The notes: generated from the sequence alone by a model not told the origin. DNA of 64,000 nucleotides from an uncultured Erysipelotrichaceae bacterium (GCA_964418835.1 CAYQNJ010000001.1:52630-116629); one strand, 5' to 3'; counted from the stretch's first letter, positions 28,786 through 39,977 are shown. A program made the numbers and translations.

Positions 28786-31182
28786 ATGACATATAACCAT
28801 AAAGAAGTTGAAAAAAGATGGCAAAATTATTGGGAAGAGAATGAAACATTTAAAACTGATGTTTATGATGAGGTAAAACCTCCATATTATGTTTTAGATA
28901 TGTTTCCTTATCCAAGTGGACAAGGGCTACATGTAGGACATCCTGAAGGGTATACTGCAACTGATATCATTGCTAGATACAAAAGAATGAAGGGATTTAA
29001 TGTACTACATCCAATGGGATGGGATGCTTTTGGATTACCTGCAGAACAATATGCATTAAATACTGGTAATCATCCAGCGCAATTTACTAAGGATAATATT
29101 GATAATTTTAGAAGACAAATAAAACAAATTGGTCTTTCGTATGATTGGAGTAGAGAAATTAGTACTACAGATCCTGAATACTACAAATGGACGCAATGGA
29201 TATTTATCCAACTTTATAACAAAGGTTTAGCTTATGTAGATGAAATACCTGTTAACTGGTGTCCTGAATTAGGTACTGTTTTAGCAAATGAAGAAGTAAT
29301 TAATGGTAGAAGTGAAAGAGGTAATTTCCCTGTAATTAGAAAACCAATGAGACAATGGATATTAAAAATTACTGAATATGCTGAACAATTGTTAAATGAT
29401 TTAGATTTATGTGATTGGCCACAGTCTACTAAAGAGATGCAAATTAATTGGATTGGTAAGTCTGTTGGTTCTAATGTTGTATTTAAAATAGATGGATTTG
29501 ATAAAGAGTTTACAGTTTTTACTACAAGAGCTGATACTTTATTTGGTTGTACTTATTGTGTCTTAGCACCTGAACATCCTTTTGTGTTAGATATTACTAG
29601 TGAAGAACAATTACCAAAAGTAAGAGAATATATTGAACAAATTAAATCCAAATCAGATTTAGAAAGAACTGATTTGAATAAAGATAAGACAGGTATATTT
29701 ACTGGTGCTTATGCAATAAACCCAGTAAATAATAAAAAAGTTCCTATTTGGATTGCAGACTATGTATTATCTAGTTATGGTACTGGTGCTATAATGGCTG
29801 TTCCAGCACATGATAGTAGGGACTATGAATTTGCACGTAAATTTAATTTAGATATTATCGAAGTTTTAAAAGGTGGCGATATTACTAAAGAAGTATATGA
29901 AAAAGATGGAGAACATGTTAATAGTGATTTCTTAAATGGGTTAAATAAAGATGATGCTATTAAAGTGATGAATGAATGGTTAGTAGAAAATAATGTTGGT
30001 AATCCTAAGACTACTTATAAGTTAAGAGACTGGTTATTTTCTAGACAAAGATATTGGGGAGAACCGATTCCTATAATTATTATGGAAGATGGTACTTTAA
30101 GAACTGTAGATATTGAAGAGTTACCATTAGAACTACCAGATATCACAAATTATAAACCATCAAATGATGGTGAAAGTCCTCTAGCAAATGCTGGGGATTG
30201 GTTGGAAGTTGAAATTGATGGAGTAAAGGGTAGAAGAGAAACTAACACAATGCCACAATGGGCAGGAAGTTGTTGGTATTACATGCGTTTTATTGATCCA
30301 AAAAATACTGAAACATTCTGTGATAAAAAACTGTTAGAAAAATGGTTGCCTGTTGATTTGTATGTGGGTGGTGCTGAACATGCTGTATTACACTTGTTAT
30401 ATGCTAGATTCTGGCATAAGGTTTTATATGATTTAGGTCATGTTCCTACAAAAGAACCATTTAAGAAGTTATTTCATCAAGGAATGATACTAGGTTCTAA
30501 TGGTGAAAAGATGAGTAAGTCAAGAGGGAATGTTGTTAATCCTGATGAAATATTTGAATCTCATGGAGCTGATTCATTAAGAGTTTATGAAATGTTTATG
30601 GGTCCATTAGAAGCTTCTTTACCTTGGAATGATAGTGGGTTAGATGGTACTAAAAAATGGTTGGATAGAGTTTATAGATTATTTGTTGAACAAGACAAAT
30701 TAAGTGAGGTAAATGATCATAGCTTAGATTATGTATATAATGCAACTGTTAAGAAAGTAAGTACTGATATAGAATCACTAAATTTAAATACTGCTATTTC
30801 TCAAATGATGGTATTTATTAATGAATGTTATAAAGCTGAAACCATTTATAGGCCGTATGCTTTAGGTTTTATTCAAATGTTTGCATGTTTTGCTCCTCAT
30901 TTAGGCGAAGAACTATGGTATATACTTGGTAATGAAAACACACTAACATATGAACCATGGCCAGAGTATGATGAAAGTAAATTAGAATTAGATGAAGTTG
31001 AAATTGTTGTGCAAGTTAGTGGTAAAGTTAGAGGAAAGTTTGTAATAGCTAAAGGTAGTGATGTAGAAACAGTTAAATCAAAAGCTATGGAAATACCAAG
31101 TGTAATTGCAAATTTAGAAGGTAAAACTATTATTAAAACTATCTTTATAAAAGATAAAATTGTAAATATAGTTGCTAAATAG
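28786..31182 (+). CDS. leuS: Leucyl-tRNA synthetase
   Basis: HMGH motif ([12 protein letters not shown]), KMSKS; RBS GGAGGA before ATG 28786 (the ORF track start at 28729 lies inside the T-box terminator). Confidence 0.95.
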   Translation: MTYNHKEVEKRWQNYWEENETFKTDVYDEVKPPYYVLDMFPYPSGQGLHVGHPEGYTATDIIARYKRMKGFNVLHPMGWDAFGLPAEQYALNTGNHPAQFTKDNIDNFRRQIKQIGLSYDWSREISTTDPEYYKWTQWIFIQLYNKGLAYVDEIPVNWCPELGTVLANEEVINGRSERGNFPVIRKPMRQWILKITEYAEQLLNDLDLCDWPQSTKEMQINWIGKSVGSNVVFKIDGFDKEFTVFTTRADTLFGCTYCVLAPEHPFVLDITSEEQLPKVREYIEQIKSKSDLERTDLNKDKTGIFTGAYAINPVNNKKVPIWIADYVLSSYGTGAIMAVPAHDSRDYEFARKFNLDIIEVLKGGDITKEVYEKDGEHVNSDFLNGLNKDDAIKVMNEWLVENNVGNPKTTYKLRDWLFSRQRYWGEPIPIIIMEDGTLRTVDIEELPLELPDITNYKPSNDGESPLANAGDWLEVEIDGVKGRRETNTMPQWAGSCWYYMRFIDPKNTETFCDKKLLEKWLPVDLYVGGAEHAVLHLLYARFWHKVLYDLGHVPTKEPFKKLFHQGMILGSNGEKMSKSRGNVVNPDEIFESHGADSLRVYEMFMGPLEASLPWNDSGLDGTKKWLDRVYRLFVEQDKLSEVNDHSLDYVYNATVKKVSTDIESLNLNTAISQMMVFINECYKAETIYRPYALGFIQMFACFAPHLGEELWYILGNENTLTYEPWPEYDESKLELDEVEIVVQVSGKVRGKFVIAKGSDVETVKSKAMEIPSVIANLEGKTIIKTIFIKDKIVNIVAK

Positions 31183-31185
31183 AAT

Positions 31186-31224
31186 TTAAAGATGATTTAA
31201 TAAACTATTAAATCATCTTTTTTG
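31186..31224 (+). terminator. Rho-independent terminator after leuS
   Basis: aaagatgatttaa...ttaaatcatcttt hairpin + TTTTT. Confidence 0.8.
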
Positions 31225-31449
31225 TATATTAATATATTGTTTACTACTTTTAGATGGTTAATATTATCAAAAGTAAGGTAATATGACTAAAGTTATCATA
31301 AGTTAATCAAGAGTTATATTTAATGAAAAACTTATATGATCTCAAAATGATTTTATTAGAAGTATGACTTTTGAAGTAACTCTGAACATGTATATGTTGC
31401 TATTTTATCTCCAGATATAATAGAACTTTTATAATAGTTGTAATTACTG

Positions 31450-31490
31450 TTGACATAAAATCAATATGATATTAAAATGATATCATAAAG
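31450..31490 (+). promoter_or_regulatory. Promoter with a 10-bp perfect palindrome (ATGATATCAT) over the -10/+1 region, upstream of the SPFH/Arc pair
   Basis: TTGACA, 17-nt spacer, TAAAAT; palindrome atgatatcat immediately downstream, preceded by a direct copy atgatat. Confidence 0.5.
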
Positions 31491-31501
31491 AGGTGATTAT
31501 A

Positions 31502-32500
31502 ATGGAAGAGAAAATTTTAAAAGCTCCCAATGGTTTACTAACATTATTTATTCTATTTGTTTTGCATGTTCTAAATTTACTTATGTTTATTTTTGCAGTA
31601 TCAAAAGAAAATGCAATATTAGTTTTTTTATCGATTATTATATTTATTGTTTTATTTATAATGTTATTTGGTATAAAAGTATTAGATCCTCAAGAAGCTT
31701 TAGTTTTGACTTTATTTGGAAAATATTATGGTACTCTAAAAAAAGAGGGTATATATTATGTTAATCCATTTAGTGCTGCTGTTAACCCAGCTGCAAATAC
31801 AAGCTTAAGACAAAGTGGTGATGTTGATTCAAAAGGACTTGAAATACCAGGTACAACAGGAACTTCATATTCAGCAAAATCCTTTAGTAAAAAGATATCT
31901 TTAAAAATAATGACTTTAAACAATAACAGACAAAAAGTTAATGATTGCTTAGGAAATCCAGTTGAGATAGGTATAGCTGTTATATGGAGTGTAAAGGATA
32001 CTGCCAAAGCTGTATTTGCTGTAGATAATTATAAGGAGTTTTTATCCTTACAATGTGATGCAGCATTAAGAAATATAGTTAGAATATATTCATATGATGT
32101 TGCACAAAATGTTGACACAACTGGTGATGGTGAACCAGATGAAGGATCATTAAGAGGCTCAAGTGAAGTAGTCGCTAAAAGAATTAAAGAAGAAATTCAA
32201 TCTAGAGTTTATGAAGCTGGAATTGAAATAATTGAAGCTAGAATTACATATTTAGCTTATGCTCCAGAAATAGCAGCAGCTATGTTACAACGCCAACAAG
32301 CTTCTGCAATAATAGATGCAAGAAAAATGATTGTAGATGGTGCTGTGGGTATGGTTGAAATGGCTTTAGTTAAAATGAATGAAGGTGGAATTGTAAATCT
32401 TGATGAAGAAAGAAAGGCTGCAATGGTTTCAAACTTGTTAGTAGTATTATGCGGTAATAAGGATGCTCAACCAATTGTAAATTCTGGTAGTCTATACTAG
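31502..32500 (+). CDS. SPFH/Band-7 (stomatin/prohibitin-like) membrane protein
   Basis: Two N-terminal TM helices then a PF01145-like SPFH core with AEIAAAMLQRQQASAII coiled-coil segment; RBS AGAGGTG. Confidence 0.75.
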   Translation: MEEKILKAPNGLLTLFILFVLHVLNLLMFIFAVSKENAILVFLSIIIFIVLFIMLFGIKVLDPQEALVLTLFGKYYGTLKKEGIYYVNPFSAAVNPAANTSLRQSGDVDSKGLEIPGTTGTSYSAKSFSKKISLKIMTLNNNRQKVNDCLGNPVEIGIAVIWSVKDTAKAVFAVDNYKEFLSLQCDAALRNIVRIYSYDVAQNVDTTGDGEPDEGSLRGSSEVVAKRIKEEIQSRVYEAGIEIIEARITYLAYAPEIAAAMLQRQQASAIIDARKMIVDGAVGMVEMALVKMNEGGIVNLDEERKAAMVSNLLVVLCGNKDAQPIVNSGSLY

Positions 32501-32706
32501 TGAGCAATCTTGATGAAAAAAAACAAGTTCCATTAAGAATTTCTTCTAGATTATATTCACAAATAGCTTCGTGGGCTGAAGATGATTTTCGCTCAATAAA
32601 TGGTCAAATCGAATATTTATTATCAATGTGTGTTAAACAAAGAATTAAAAATGGTCAATATATTTCAAATGAAATAGATAATGATTTAGAAATAGAATTA
32701 GAGTAA
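32500..32706 (+). CDS. Arc/Mnt-type ribbon-helix-helix DNA-binding protein
   Basis: PLRISSRLYSQIASWAEDDFRSINGQIEYLL aligns residue-by-residue with phage P22 Arc (NLRWPREVLDLVRKVAEENGRSVNSEIYQRV); GTG start overlaps the SPFH stop codon. Confidence 0.65.
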   Translation: MSNLDEKKQVPLRISSRLYSQIASWAEDDFRSINGQIEYLLSMCVKQRIKNGQYISNEIDNDLEIELE

Positions 32707-32778
32707 CTATAAAAATAGTTACTTTTTTCTTTTATCAATAGAAGTATAATAAAGTTTTTGTTATAATCATTTACGTAT

Positions 32779-33510
32779 ATGGAAAACTTTATTGTAGAAA
32801 TCGAACAATTTGATGGTCCATTAGATCTAATGCTACATCTTATTAAAGAAAATAAGTTAGATCTTTTTGATTTAGATATTAGTTTACTAACAGATCAATA
32901 CTTGTTATATTTAAAAAAATTTAAAGATTTACATTTAGAAGTTGCAAGTGAGTATTTAGTAGAATTAGCGACTTTAATTGAATATAAAAGTAAAAAGCTT
33001 TTTCCTAAAGAAGAATCTAGTTTAGATAGTGAATATGAAGAAGATCCTAAAGATAGATTAGTTAGAAGGTTATTAGAATACCAACAATATAAAGAGGTTT
33101 CTAATGTTTTGGAGGATTATTATAAATCTAGACAACTACAACTTAGTAAGCCAATAAGTATTGAAGTAGATGATTGGATAAAACAAGTTAATGATATACC
33201 AATAGAAGGTAACCCGTATGATTTAGTTAAAGCAATGCAAAAATGTATGAGAAGATTACAATTAAGCAAACCTTTAGAAACTAAAATTACTAAAAAAGAA
33301 ATATCAATGGAAGAAAGAAGACTTCAAATTGTTTCTAGACTTTCTACTTTACCTAATACATTTAGTTTTGAAAGATTGTTAGATGATGCTAGCGATACAG
33401 ATATGGTTATATCTACATTTTTAGCTGTACTAGATTTAGTTAGATTACATACACTTTATTTCACAATTGATAGTGAAGAAACAATTTGGTTTACAAGAGG
33501 GAATAGTTAA
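32779..33510 (+). CDS. scpA: Segregation and condensation protein A
   Basis: FDGPLDLMLHLIKENKLDLFDLDISLLTDQYL canonical ScpA N-terminus. Confidence 0.9.
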   Translation: MENFIVEIEQFDGPLDLMLHLIKENKLDLFDLDISLLTDQYLLYLKKFKDLHLEVASEYLVELATLIEYKSKKLFPKEESSLDSEYEEDPKDRLVRRLLEYQQYKEVSNVLEDYYKSRQLQLSKPISIEVDDWIKQVNDIPIEGNPYDLVKAMQKCMRRLQLSKPLETKITKKEISMEERRLQIVSRLSTLPNTFSFERLLDDASDTDMVISTFLAVLDLVRLHTLYFTIDSEETIWFTRGNS

Positions 33511-34061
33511 TGGAAAATAGATCGCATATAAAGGCAGTATTTGAAGGGTTACTTTTTATAGTTGGTGATGAAGGTATTTCTAAAGAACAATTAAAAGATG
33601 TTTTAGAAATAACTTTTGAAGATATTGATGATGTTTTTAATGAATTACAACAATATTATTCAAATGATGATAGAGGAATTGAACTAGTTAACTATGGTGA
33701 TAATTATAAATTTTTATCTAAAGCTTTAGTTCATCCTTATGCACAAAAAATGTTTCAAAATACAAAACAATCAGGTCTATCTCAAGCAGCATTAGAAACT
33801 TTAGCTATAATTGCTTATAAACAACCTATAACTAGAGTAGAAATAGAAGAGATTAGAGGTGTTGGAGCAGATATGATGTTACGAAAACTTCTTGCTAGAG
33901 ATTTAATTAAAGAATCAGGAAGAAGTGAAGCACCAGGAAGACCTATACTATATGAAGTAACTGAAGAATTTATGGATACATTTAAATTAATAAGTTTAGA
34001 AGAATTGCCAGAATTACCTAATTTTAATTTGGAAGATAGTAATGAAAACTTATTTGATTAA
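33510..34061 (+). CDS. scpB: Segregation and condensation protein B
   Basis: Winged-helix ScpB; stop/start overlap with scpA. Confidence 0.9.
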   Translation: MENRSHIKAVFEGLLFIVGDEGISKEQLKDVLEITFEDIDDVFNELQQYYSNDDRGIELVNYGDNYKFLSKALVHPYAQKMFQNTKQSGLSQAALETLAIIAYKQPITRVEIEEIRGVGADMMLRKLLARDLIKESGRSEAPGRPILYEVTEEFMDTFKLISLEELPELPNFNLEDSNENLFD

Positions 34062-34785
34062 ACTATGTATTGTTTTATTATGTGTTAGTGGATGTAATTT
34101 AAATAATGAAGAAAAAATATATAAACCACAATGTTTATATATTGATAATTTTGATTATAATAATCAAGTACCATTTAATAATGAAATAGATTTATCATAT
34201 TTTAATAATAGCTTTATTGGTGGAGATTCTAGAGTAGGTTCTTTGGTTTTGTATAACAAACTTACAAATGCGGATGTAAAATATATTGAGTCACTAAGTT
34301 TAAATATGCTAAATATCACTAAATTAAATAAAGATGATGAAAACTCACCAACAATGTATCAATTATTTATGAATACTGATAAAGAAAATATTTATGTTAT
34401 GTTGGGATTAAATGAAATTGGATGGTCTACATATGAAAAATGGGGAGTTTCTTATGAAAACTTTATTAAGGATCTAAAGAATAATCATCCTAACTCTAAT
34501 ATATATCTAATATTACTATACACACCTAGTAATGCTTACTTGGTAGATAAAGATACTTTAATAAATAGAGTTAATAAAATGAATGAAGTATTAATTGATA
34601 TTGCTAAAAGAAATTTTGTTTATTATTTAAATATAAATGAAAGTTTAGTTGGCGAAGATGGTTATATTAAAGAAGAATATACATTTGACGGTATTCACTT
34701 AACAAGTAGTGGAACTGATGTTTTTATTGAGTATTTAAGGACTCATGTAGGAGGTAGTAATTATGTTAAAGAAATTTGTGAGTAG
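34042..34785 (+). CDS. SGNH/GDSL-like hydrolase lipoprotein
   Basis: Lipobox LCVSGC; GGDSRVGS (GDS block) and DGIHLT (DxxH block). Confidence 0.65.
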   Translation: MKTYLIKLCIVLLCVSGCNLNNEEKIYKPQCLYIDNFDYNNQVPFNNEIDLSYFNNSFIGGDSRVGSLVLYNKLTNADVKYIESLSLNMLNITKLNKDDENSPTMYQLFMNTDKENIYVMLGLNEIGWSTYEKWGVSYENFIKDLKNNHPNSNIYLILLYTPSNAYLVDKDTLINRVNKMNEVLIDIAKRNFVYYLNINESLVGEDGYIKEEYTFDGIHLTSSGTDVFIEYLRTHVGGSNYVKEICE

Positions 34786-35191
34786 TTTATTAGTTATATT
34801 ACTTATTGGATGTACGAGTAGTGCTATTGATATAAACAATGTATCAACTGAATTAGTTAAAAATTTAAAACTAGAAGATACTGTTGTTAAATTAGATAAT
34901 AAAGAAATAGAGAACTTATTATATCTTGATGAAGGATCTATAAAAAAAGGTGTTTTTTACATATCTAATGAAAATACTTCTGATATGGTTGCAATATTAA
35001 AGGGGAATAATAACAAAGCATTATTAGAAGATGTAAATGAGTATATAGAAGTACTGAAAACTCAAAACACTAATTATTTTCCTGAAGAAGTAGATAAACT
35101 AAATAATGCAATAATAAAAGAAAAAGATGGTTACATATATTTGATTGTAAGCAATAATCAAGAGTTAGCTAATGATTTCATATCAAAGTAA
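34763..35191 (+). CDS. DUF4358-like small lipoprotein
   Basis: Lipobox LLIGCTSS; 142 aa; 23-nt overlap with the upstream SGNH gene. Confidence 0.55.
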   Translation: MLKKFVSSLLVILLIGCTSSAIDINNVSTELVKNLKLEDTVVKLDNKEIENLLYLDEGSIKKGVFYISNENTSDMVAILKGNNNKALLEDVNEYIEVLKTQNTNYFPEEVDKLNNAIIKEKDGYIYLIVSNNQELANDFISK

Positions 35192-35264
35192 TTTAGTAAA
35201 TTTATTAAAGTTTATATACAGTTTTTTAAATTTGAGGTAATATAGTAATGGATTAAGATAACCT

Positions 35265-35455
35265 TAACTTGTATAGGTGTCAATTTAATGGCTGACATGT
35301 TTCTACCCACTTGCCTAAAGTGGACTACAAGTAAACCTTTTATCGTGAAGGTTTATACCTTAAGTTAGAAGATGATAGTTAAATCATATCTATTTAAGTG
35401 TTCGTGTCTTTTATTAAATTTTGACATATCTTGGATATGGTTTTTTTATTTTAAT
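35265..35455 (+). promoter_or_regulatory. Purine (guanine-type) riboswitch with terminator expression platform
   Basis: P1 ACUUGUA/UACAAGU, conserved J2-3 GUUUCUACC, P3 CCACU...AGUGG, C at the discriminator position; terminator catatc-ttg-gatatg + T7 just before the purC RBS. Confidence 0.8.
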
Positions 35456-35467
35456 GGAGGAATAGAT

Positions 35468-36172
35468 ATGGAATTAATGTACGAAGGTAAAGCAAAACAA
35501 ATCTACAAGAGTGAAAATGATAATGAAGTAATTGTTCATTACAAAGATGATGCTACTGCATTTAATGGTCTAAAAAAAGATACTATAAGTAATAAAGGTA
35601 TTTTAAATAATCAAATAACTTCTTATTTATTTACAGAGTTAAATAGAAGAGGAATTTCTACACATTTTATAAAACAAATTGATGAAAGAAGTCAATTGTG
35701 TAGAAAAGTGAGTATAGTACCATTAGAAGTTATTGTTAGAAATATAATTGCTGGGTCTTTAGCAAAAAGATTTAATATTAAAGAGGGTACTTTACCTAAA
35801 AAAACAATTATGGAATTAAGTTATAAAGATGATGATTTAGGTGATCCATTAATTACTGATTCTCAATGTATTGGTTTAGGTTATGCAACACAAGAAGAAT
35901 TAGATACTATATATAGTTTAACTTCTTCAATTAATGAAATATTAAAAGAAATTTTCTTAGAAATAGGAATAAAGTTAGTGGATTTTAAATTAGAGTTTGG
36001 TAAAGATATGGATGGTAATATTATTCTAGCTGATGAAATATCTCCAGACACTTGTAGATTATGGGATAAAGATACAGATGAGAAATTAGATAAAGATCGT
36101 TTTAGAAGAGATATGGGAGATGTAATAAATGCCTATGAAGAAATCGCAAATAGACTTAAATCTAGAGGATAA
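35468..36172 (+). CDS. purC: Phosphoribosylaminoimidazole-succinocarboxamide synthase
   Basis: [13 protein letters not shown]... canonical PurC; RBS GGAGG (the ORF track start 35372 runs back into the riboswitch). Confidence 0.9.
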   Translation: MELMYEGKAKQIYKSENDNEVIVHYKDDATAFNGLKKDTISNKGILNNQITSYLFTELNRRGISTHFIKQIDERSQLCRKVSIVPLEVIVRNIIAGSLAKRFNIKEGTLPKKTIMELSYKDDDLGDPLITDSQCIGLGYATQEELDTIYSLTSSINEILKEIFLEIGIKLVDFKLEFGKDMDGNIILADEISPDTCRLWDKDTDEKLDKDRFRRDMGDVINAYEEIANRLKSRG

Positions 36173-37592
36173 TTATCTTGATGAATTTGAATATCTTCAA
36201 AGAAGTAAATTAAATGAGGAATGCGGTTGCTTTGGTATATTTCAAGTACCTGAGGCAGCTAGTTTAACTTACTTTGGATTACATGCATTACAACATAGAG
36301 GTCAAGAAGCTTGTGGTATTGCGACTAGTAATGGAAAGACCGTGACATGTTATAAAGGGAAAGGCTTAATAAGTGATGTTTTTAATAACCAAATAATTAA
36401 AGATCTTGGTGGAAAGTATTCCTTGGGTCATGTTAGATATTCTACTGCAGGAGCTAATGAAATTGAAAATGTACAACCATTGATGGTTAGAGCTCATACT
36501 GGTCATTTTGCGGTAGCACATAATGGTCAAATAGTTAATGCTCATGAACTCAAAATTGAATTGGAAAATGAAGGCAGTATTTTTCAAGGAACTAGCGACA
36601 GCGAAATACTTGTTCATTTAATACAAAAAGAAACAGGAACGATGGTTTATAAAATAATGAAAGCATGTGCTAAGTTAGAAGGTGCATTTGCATTTATTAT
36701 AATGACTAAAGATTGTATGTATGCTATTAGAGATAAAAATGGATTAAGACCTTTATCTATTGCTCAACTAGGTACAGGTTATTGTGTTTCAAGTGAAACA
36801 TGTGCTTATGATATCGTTAATGCAAAAATGATAAGAGATATAGAACCAGGAGAAGTTCTTAGAATCGCAAATGATGGACTTCAATCTTTTAAATATGTTG
36901 AAGAAACACAAAAGAAAATGTGTTCAATGGAATATATATATTTTGCAAGACCTGATAGTGTTATTGACAACTTAAATGTACATAACTTTAGAAAAGAATG
37001 TGGAAAAATTATAGCAAGAAAAGATAAAGTAGAAGCTGATATGGTTATTGGTGTTCCAGATTCTTCAATTAGCGCTGCAATTGGGTATGCTGAAGAAAGT
37101 AAAATACCATATGAAATTGGTTTGATTAAAAATAAATATGTAGGTAGAACATTTATTCAGCCAACACAAAAACAAAGAGAACGTGGTGTTAGAATGAAGT
37201 TAAGTGCTATATCTGCAATTGTTAAAGGTAAAAGAATTATTATGGTTGATGATTCAATTGTAAGAGGAACAACATCTAAAAGAATTGTTCAATTGCTATT
37301 TGATGCAGGAGCTATTGAAGTTCATGTAAGAATTGCTTCACCAGAAATCATAAGTCCTTGCTTTTATGGAGTAGATACTTCTACTTATGAAGAATTAATT
37401 AGTGCTAGACTTAACATTGATGAATTAAAGGATTATATCCAAGCAACTACAATTTCATTTATGAGTATGGATGAAGTTATACAAGCTACAGGTCATAATA
37501 ACTTATGTTTATCATGTTTTAGTGGTAGTTATCCAACACCTTTATATCAACATGGTGAAATATTAAAGTCAAAGGAGAAAAAGAATGATTGA
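36129..37592 (+). CDS. purF: Amidophosphoribosyltransferase with N-terminal propeptide
   Basis: [10 protein letters not shown] matches the B. subtilis PurF propeptide/Cys1 junction; PRTase motif; overlaps the purC 3' end by 44 nt. Confidence 0.85.
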   Translation: MPMKKSQIDLNLEDNYLDEFEYLQRSKLNEECGCFGIFQVPEAASLTYFGLHALQHRGQEACGIATSNGKTVTCYKGKGLISDVFNNQIIKDLGGKYSLGHVRYSTAGANEIENVQPLMVRAHTGHFAVAHNGQIVNAHELKIELENEGSIFQGTSDSEILVHLIQKETGTMVYKIMKACAKLEGAFAFIIMTKDCMYAIRDKNGLRPLSIAQLGTGYCVSSETCAYDIVNAKMIRDIEPGEVLRIANDGLQSFKYVEETQKKMCSMEYIYFARPDSVIDNLNVHNFRKECGKIIARKDKVEADMVIGVPDSSISAAIGYAEESKIPYEIGLIKNKYVGRTFIQPTQKQRERGVRMKLSAISAIVKGKRIIMVDDSIVRGTTSKRIVQLLFDAGAIEVHVRIASPEIISPCFYGVDTSTYEELISARLNIDELKDYIQATTISFMSMDEVIQATGHNNLCLSCFSGSYPTPLYQHGEILKSKEKKND

Positions 37593-38877
37593 AAGATACT
37601 CTAGAGATGAGATGAGAGAAATTTGGAGTGAAGAAAGCAAGTTTGATGCTTATTTAAAAGTAGAAATACTAGCTTGTGAAGCATGGAGTAAACTTGGTGA
37701 AATTCCAAAAGAAGATGTAAAGAAACTATGGGAAAATGCAAGCTTTAATATTGATAGAATCTATGAGATAGAAAAAGAAACTAGACATGATATAGTAGCT
37801 TTTACTAGGGCTGTTTCCGAAACTCTTGGTGAAGAAAAAAAATGGATTCATTATGGTTTAACTAGTACTGATGTTGTTGATACTGCTTATGGTTACTTAT
37901 ATAAAAAAGCAAACTCAATTTTATTAGAAGATATTGAAAACCTAATGAATGTACTAGCTAAAAAAGCTATAAAATATAAAGATACAATTATGATGGGAAG
38001 AACACATGGTGTACACGCAGAAATTACTACTTTTGGATTAGTTTTTGCATTATGGTATGAAGAGTTTAATAGAAACTTAAAAAGATTCCAAGAAGCTTGT
38101 AGTGATGTAGAAACAGGTAAAATATCAGGTGCTGTAGGTACATTTGCTAATACACCACCTTATGTACAAGATTATGTGTGTGATAAATTAGAAATTAATT
38201 CTGCTAAAATATCTACTCAAATATTACAAAGAGATAGACATGCAAATTATTTTTCCACTATAGCATTAATAGGAAGTTCATTAGAAAAAATTGCTACAGA
38301 AATTAGGCACTTACAAAGAACTGAAGTAAGAGAAGCTGAAGAATACTTTAGTAAAGGACAAAAGGGTTCTAGTGCAATGCCTCACAAACGTAATCCAATT
38401 GGATCTGAAAACATTTCTGGATGTTCTAGAGTTTTAAGAGGTTATATGCTTACAGCATTTGAAAACATTAATTTATGGCATGAAAGAGATATATCACATT
38501 CAAGCGCTGAAAGAATTATTGCACCTGATGCTACTATGTTATTAGATTATATGTTAGTAAGGATGACAAATATATTAGATAATTTAACTGTTTTTGAAAA
38601 AAATATGAAGAATAATATTTATTTAACTTATGGTGTAATATTTTCTCAAAGATTTATGCTAAAGTTAGTAGAAAAAGGATATTCAAGAGAAAAAGCTTAC
38701 GATATAGTACAACCAAATGCAATTAAGTCATGGGAAGAAAAAATCGATTTTAAATCATTAATGGAAAATGAATCACAAGTTACTAGCATAATGTCTCAAG
38801 AAGAAATTGATGATTGTTTTGATCCTAAGTACCAATTAAAAAATGTTGATGAGATATATAAAAGAATCGGATTATAA
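37585..38877 (+). CDS. purB: Adenylosuccinate lyase
   Basis: [27 protein letters not shown] canonical PurB; fumarate-lyase signature [11 protein letters not shown]. Confidence 0.95.
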   Translation: MIERYSRDEMREIWSEESKFDAYLKVEILACEAWSKLGEIPKEDVKKLWENASFNIDRIYEIEKETRHDIVAFTRAVSETLGEEKKWIHYGLTSTDVVDTAYGYLYKKANSILLEDIENLMNVLAKKAIKYKDTIMMGRTHGVHAEITTFGLVFALWYEEFNRNLKRFQEACSDVETGKISGAVGTFANTPPYVQDYVCDKLEINSAKISTQILQRDRHANYFSTIALIGSSLEKIATEIRHLQRTEVREAEEYFSKGQKGSSAMPHKRNPIGSENISGCSRVLRGYMLTAFENINLWHERDISHSSAERIIAPDATMLLDYMLVRMTNILDNLTVFEKNMKNNIYLTYGVIFSQRFMLKLVEKGYSREKAYDIVQPNAIKSWEEKIDFKSLMENESQVTSIMSQEEIDDCFDPKYQLKNVDEIYKRIGL

Positions 38878-38892
38878 TAATTCGATTTTTTA
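38861..38892 (+). terminator. Possible terminator at the purB 3' end
   Basis: aatcggatt...aattcgatt hairpin + TTTTT. Confidence 0.45.
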
Positions 38893-38945
38893 AACCATGT
38901 ATATATATAAAATATGGTATGATTATAAATGAAGAAGGTGACAAC

Positions 38946-39977
38946 ATGCTTGAAACCAAGAAACTTATAATACTCGATAAATATATTCAAAAAGTTACAG
39001 AAGAAGAAGTTATTCCAGCAATAAATCTGTCTATTTTAACCAAGAGAGGTAATTGGATGTGTAGCCATGGTAAAAAACAAATTTTACCAATGAGTTCGCC
39101 AAATTCTTTGGATACATTATTTGATATATCTACTCTTACTATGCCTTATATAAGCGCTACATTAATTTTAAAACTTGTAGAAAACAAAGAATTAGGACTA
39201 GATGATTTAGTGAGTAAATATTTAAAGAACTTTAAGGAAAAAACCACAATTATTGAGTGCTTAACACATACTTCTGGAATAGAAGATTTTAAAAATTCTA
39301 TTGAGATGAGTAAAGAAAATGTTTTAAAAAATATAATGAATATAAAAATAGATAAAAAGTTAATTGGAAAATATAATGAGTGTTGGATTAACTATTTCAT
39401 CCTTGGTCTAATTATTGAATCTTTAAAGGGTGGTATTGATACTTATGCTTCAGAAGTAATGTATGAACCTTTAAATATGAAAAGAACATTCTATGATCCA
39501 GAACTAATGCTTAAATCAAACTGTGCTTGTTCTAATATAGTTGATGGAAAAGCAGTTTGTGGTGATTGTATTGATAAGTATGCATTATTATTTAATGGAA
39601 AAGCTGGACATGCTGGATGTTTTATTACATTACAAGATTTAAGTCATTATGTTACTACTATAATAAATAAAGGTGTTTTTAGAAAATATACATTTTTAAA
39701 GAAAGAAGAATTAGATTTAATTATCAATGAATACAAAGATACAAAACATACTCTTTCATGGATTAAAGGTAAAAATAGCCAATTTGAAGATTTATTTACT
39801 AATGATGCTTTATTTTATTTAGGTAATACTGGTTGTGCAGTTTTGATAGAACCTAAAAAGGGATATGGCATAGTATTCTTGTCAAACCCATATCATTTAA
39901 ATAAAGATATTGATAATTTTAATACTGTATTAAGAGAAACTTTAGAACTTGCGATAAATTCAATAAACATTAAATAA
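38946..39977 (+). CDS. Beta-lactamase/transpeptidase-fold serine hydrolase family protein (possibly non-catalytic)
   Basis: PF00144-like fold, but the expected F-x-x-x-S-x-x-K motif reads FDISTLTM (Met in place of Lys); RBS GAAGGTG. Confidence 0.55.
   Translation: MLETKKLIILDKYIQKVTEEEVIPAINLSILTKRGNWMCSHGKKQILPMSSPNSLDTLFDISTLTMPYISATLILKLVENKELGLDDLVSKYLKNFKEKTTIIECLTHTSGIEDFKNSIEMSKENVLKNIMNIKIDKKLIGKYNECWINYFILGLIIESLKGGIDTYASEVMYEPLNMKRTFYDPELMLKSNCACSNIVDGKAVCGDCIDKYALLFNGKAGHAGCFITLQDLSHYVTTIINKGVFRKYTFLKKEELDLIINEYKDTKHTLSWIKGKNSQFEDLFTNDALFYLGNTGCAVLIEPKKGYGIVFLSNPYHLNKDIDNFNTVLRETLELAINSINIK

Noticed and set aside
31234-31420. Possible small ORF (MKNLYDLKMILLEV, 14 aa) in the long leuS-SPFH intergenic region
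   Set aside because: Too short, no RBS, no conservation signal; region better explained as promoter/AT-rich spacer
31756-32007. 83-aa minus-strand ORF inside the second SPFH gene
   Set aside because: Antisense to the conserved SPFH core
35372-35467. N-terminal extension of the purC ORF
   Set aside because: It would be translated through the riboswitch terminator hairpin; the conserved PurC N-terminus starts at [10 protein letters not shown] with a strong RBS
36366-36617. 83-aa minus-strand ORF inside purF
   Set aside because: Antisense to the conserved glutaminase domain
38796-38990. 64-aa minus-strand ORF across the purB end / next gene start
   Set aside because: Overlaps two plus-strand genes and a terminator; no support
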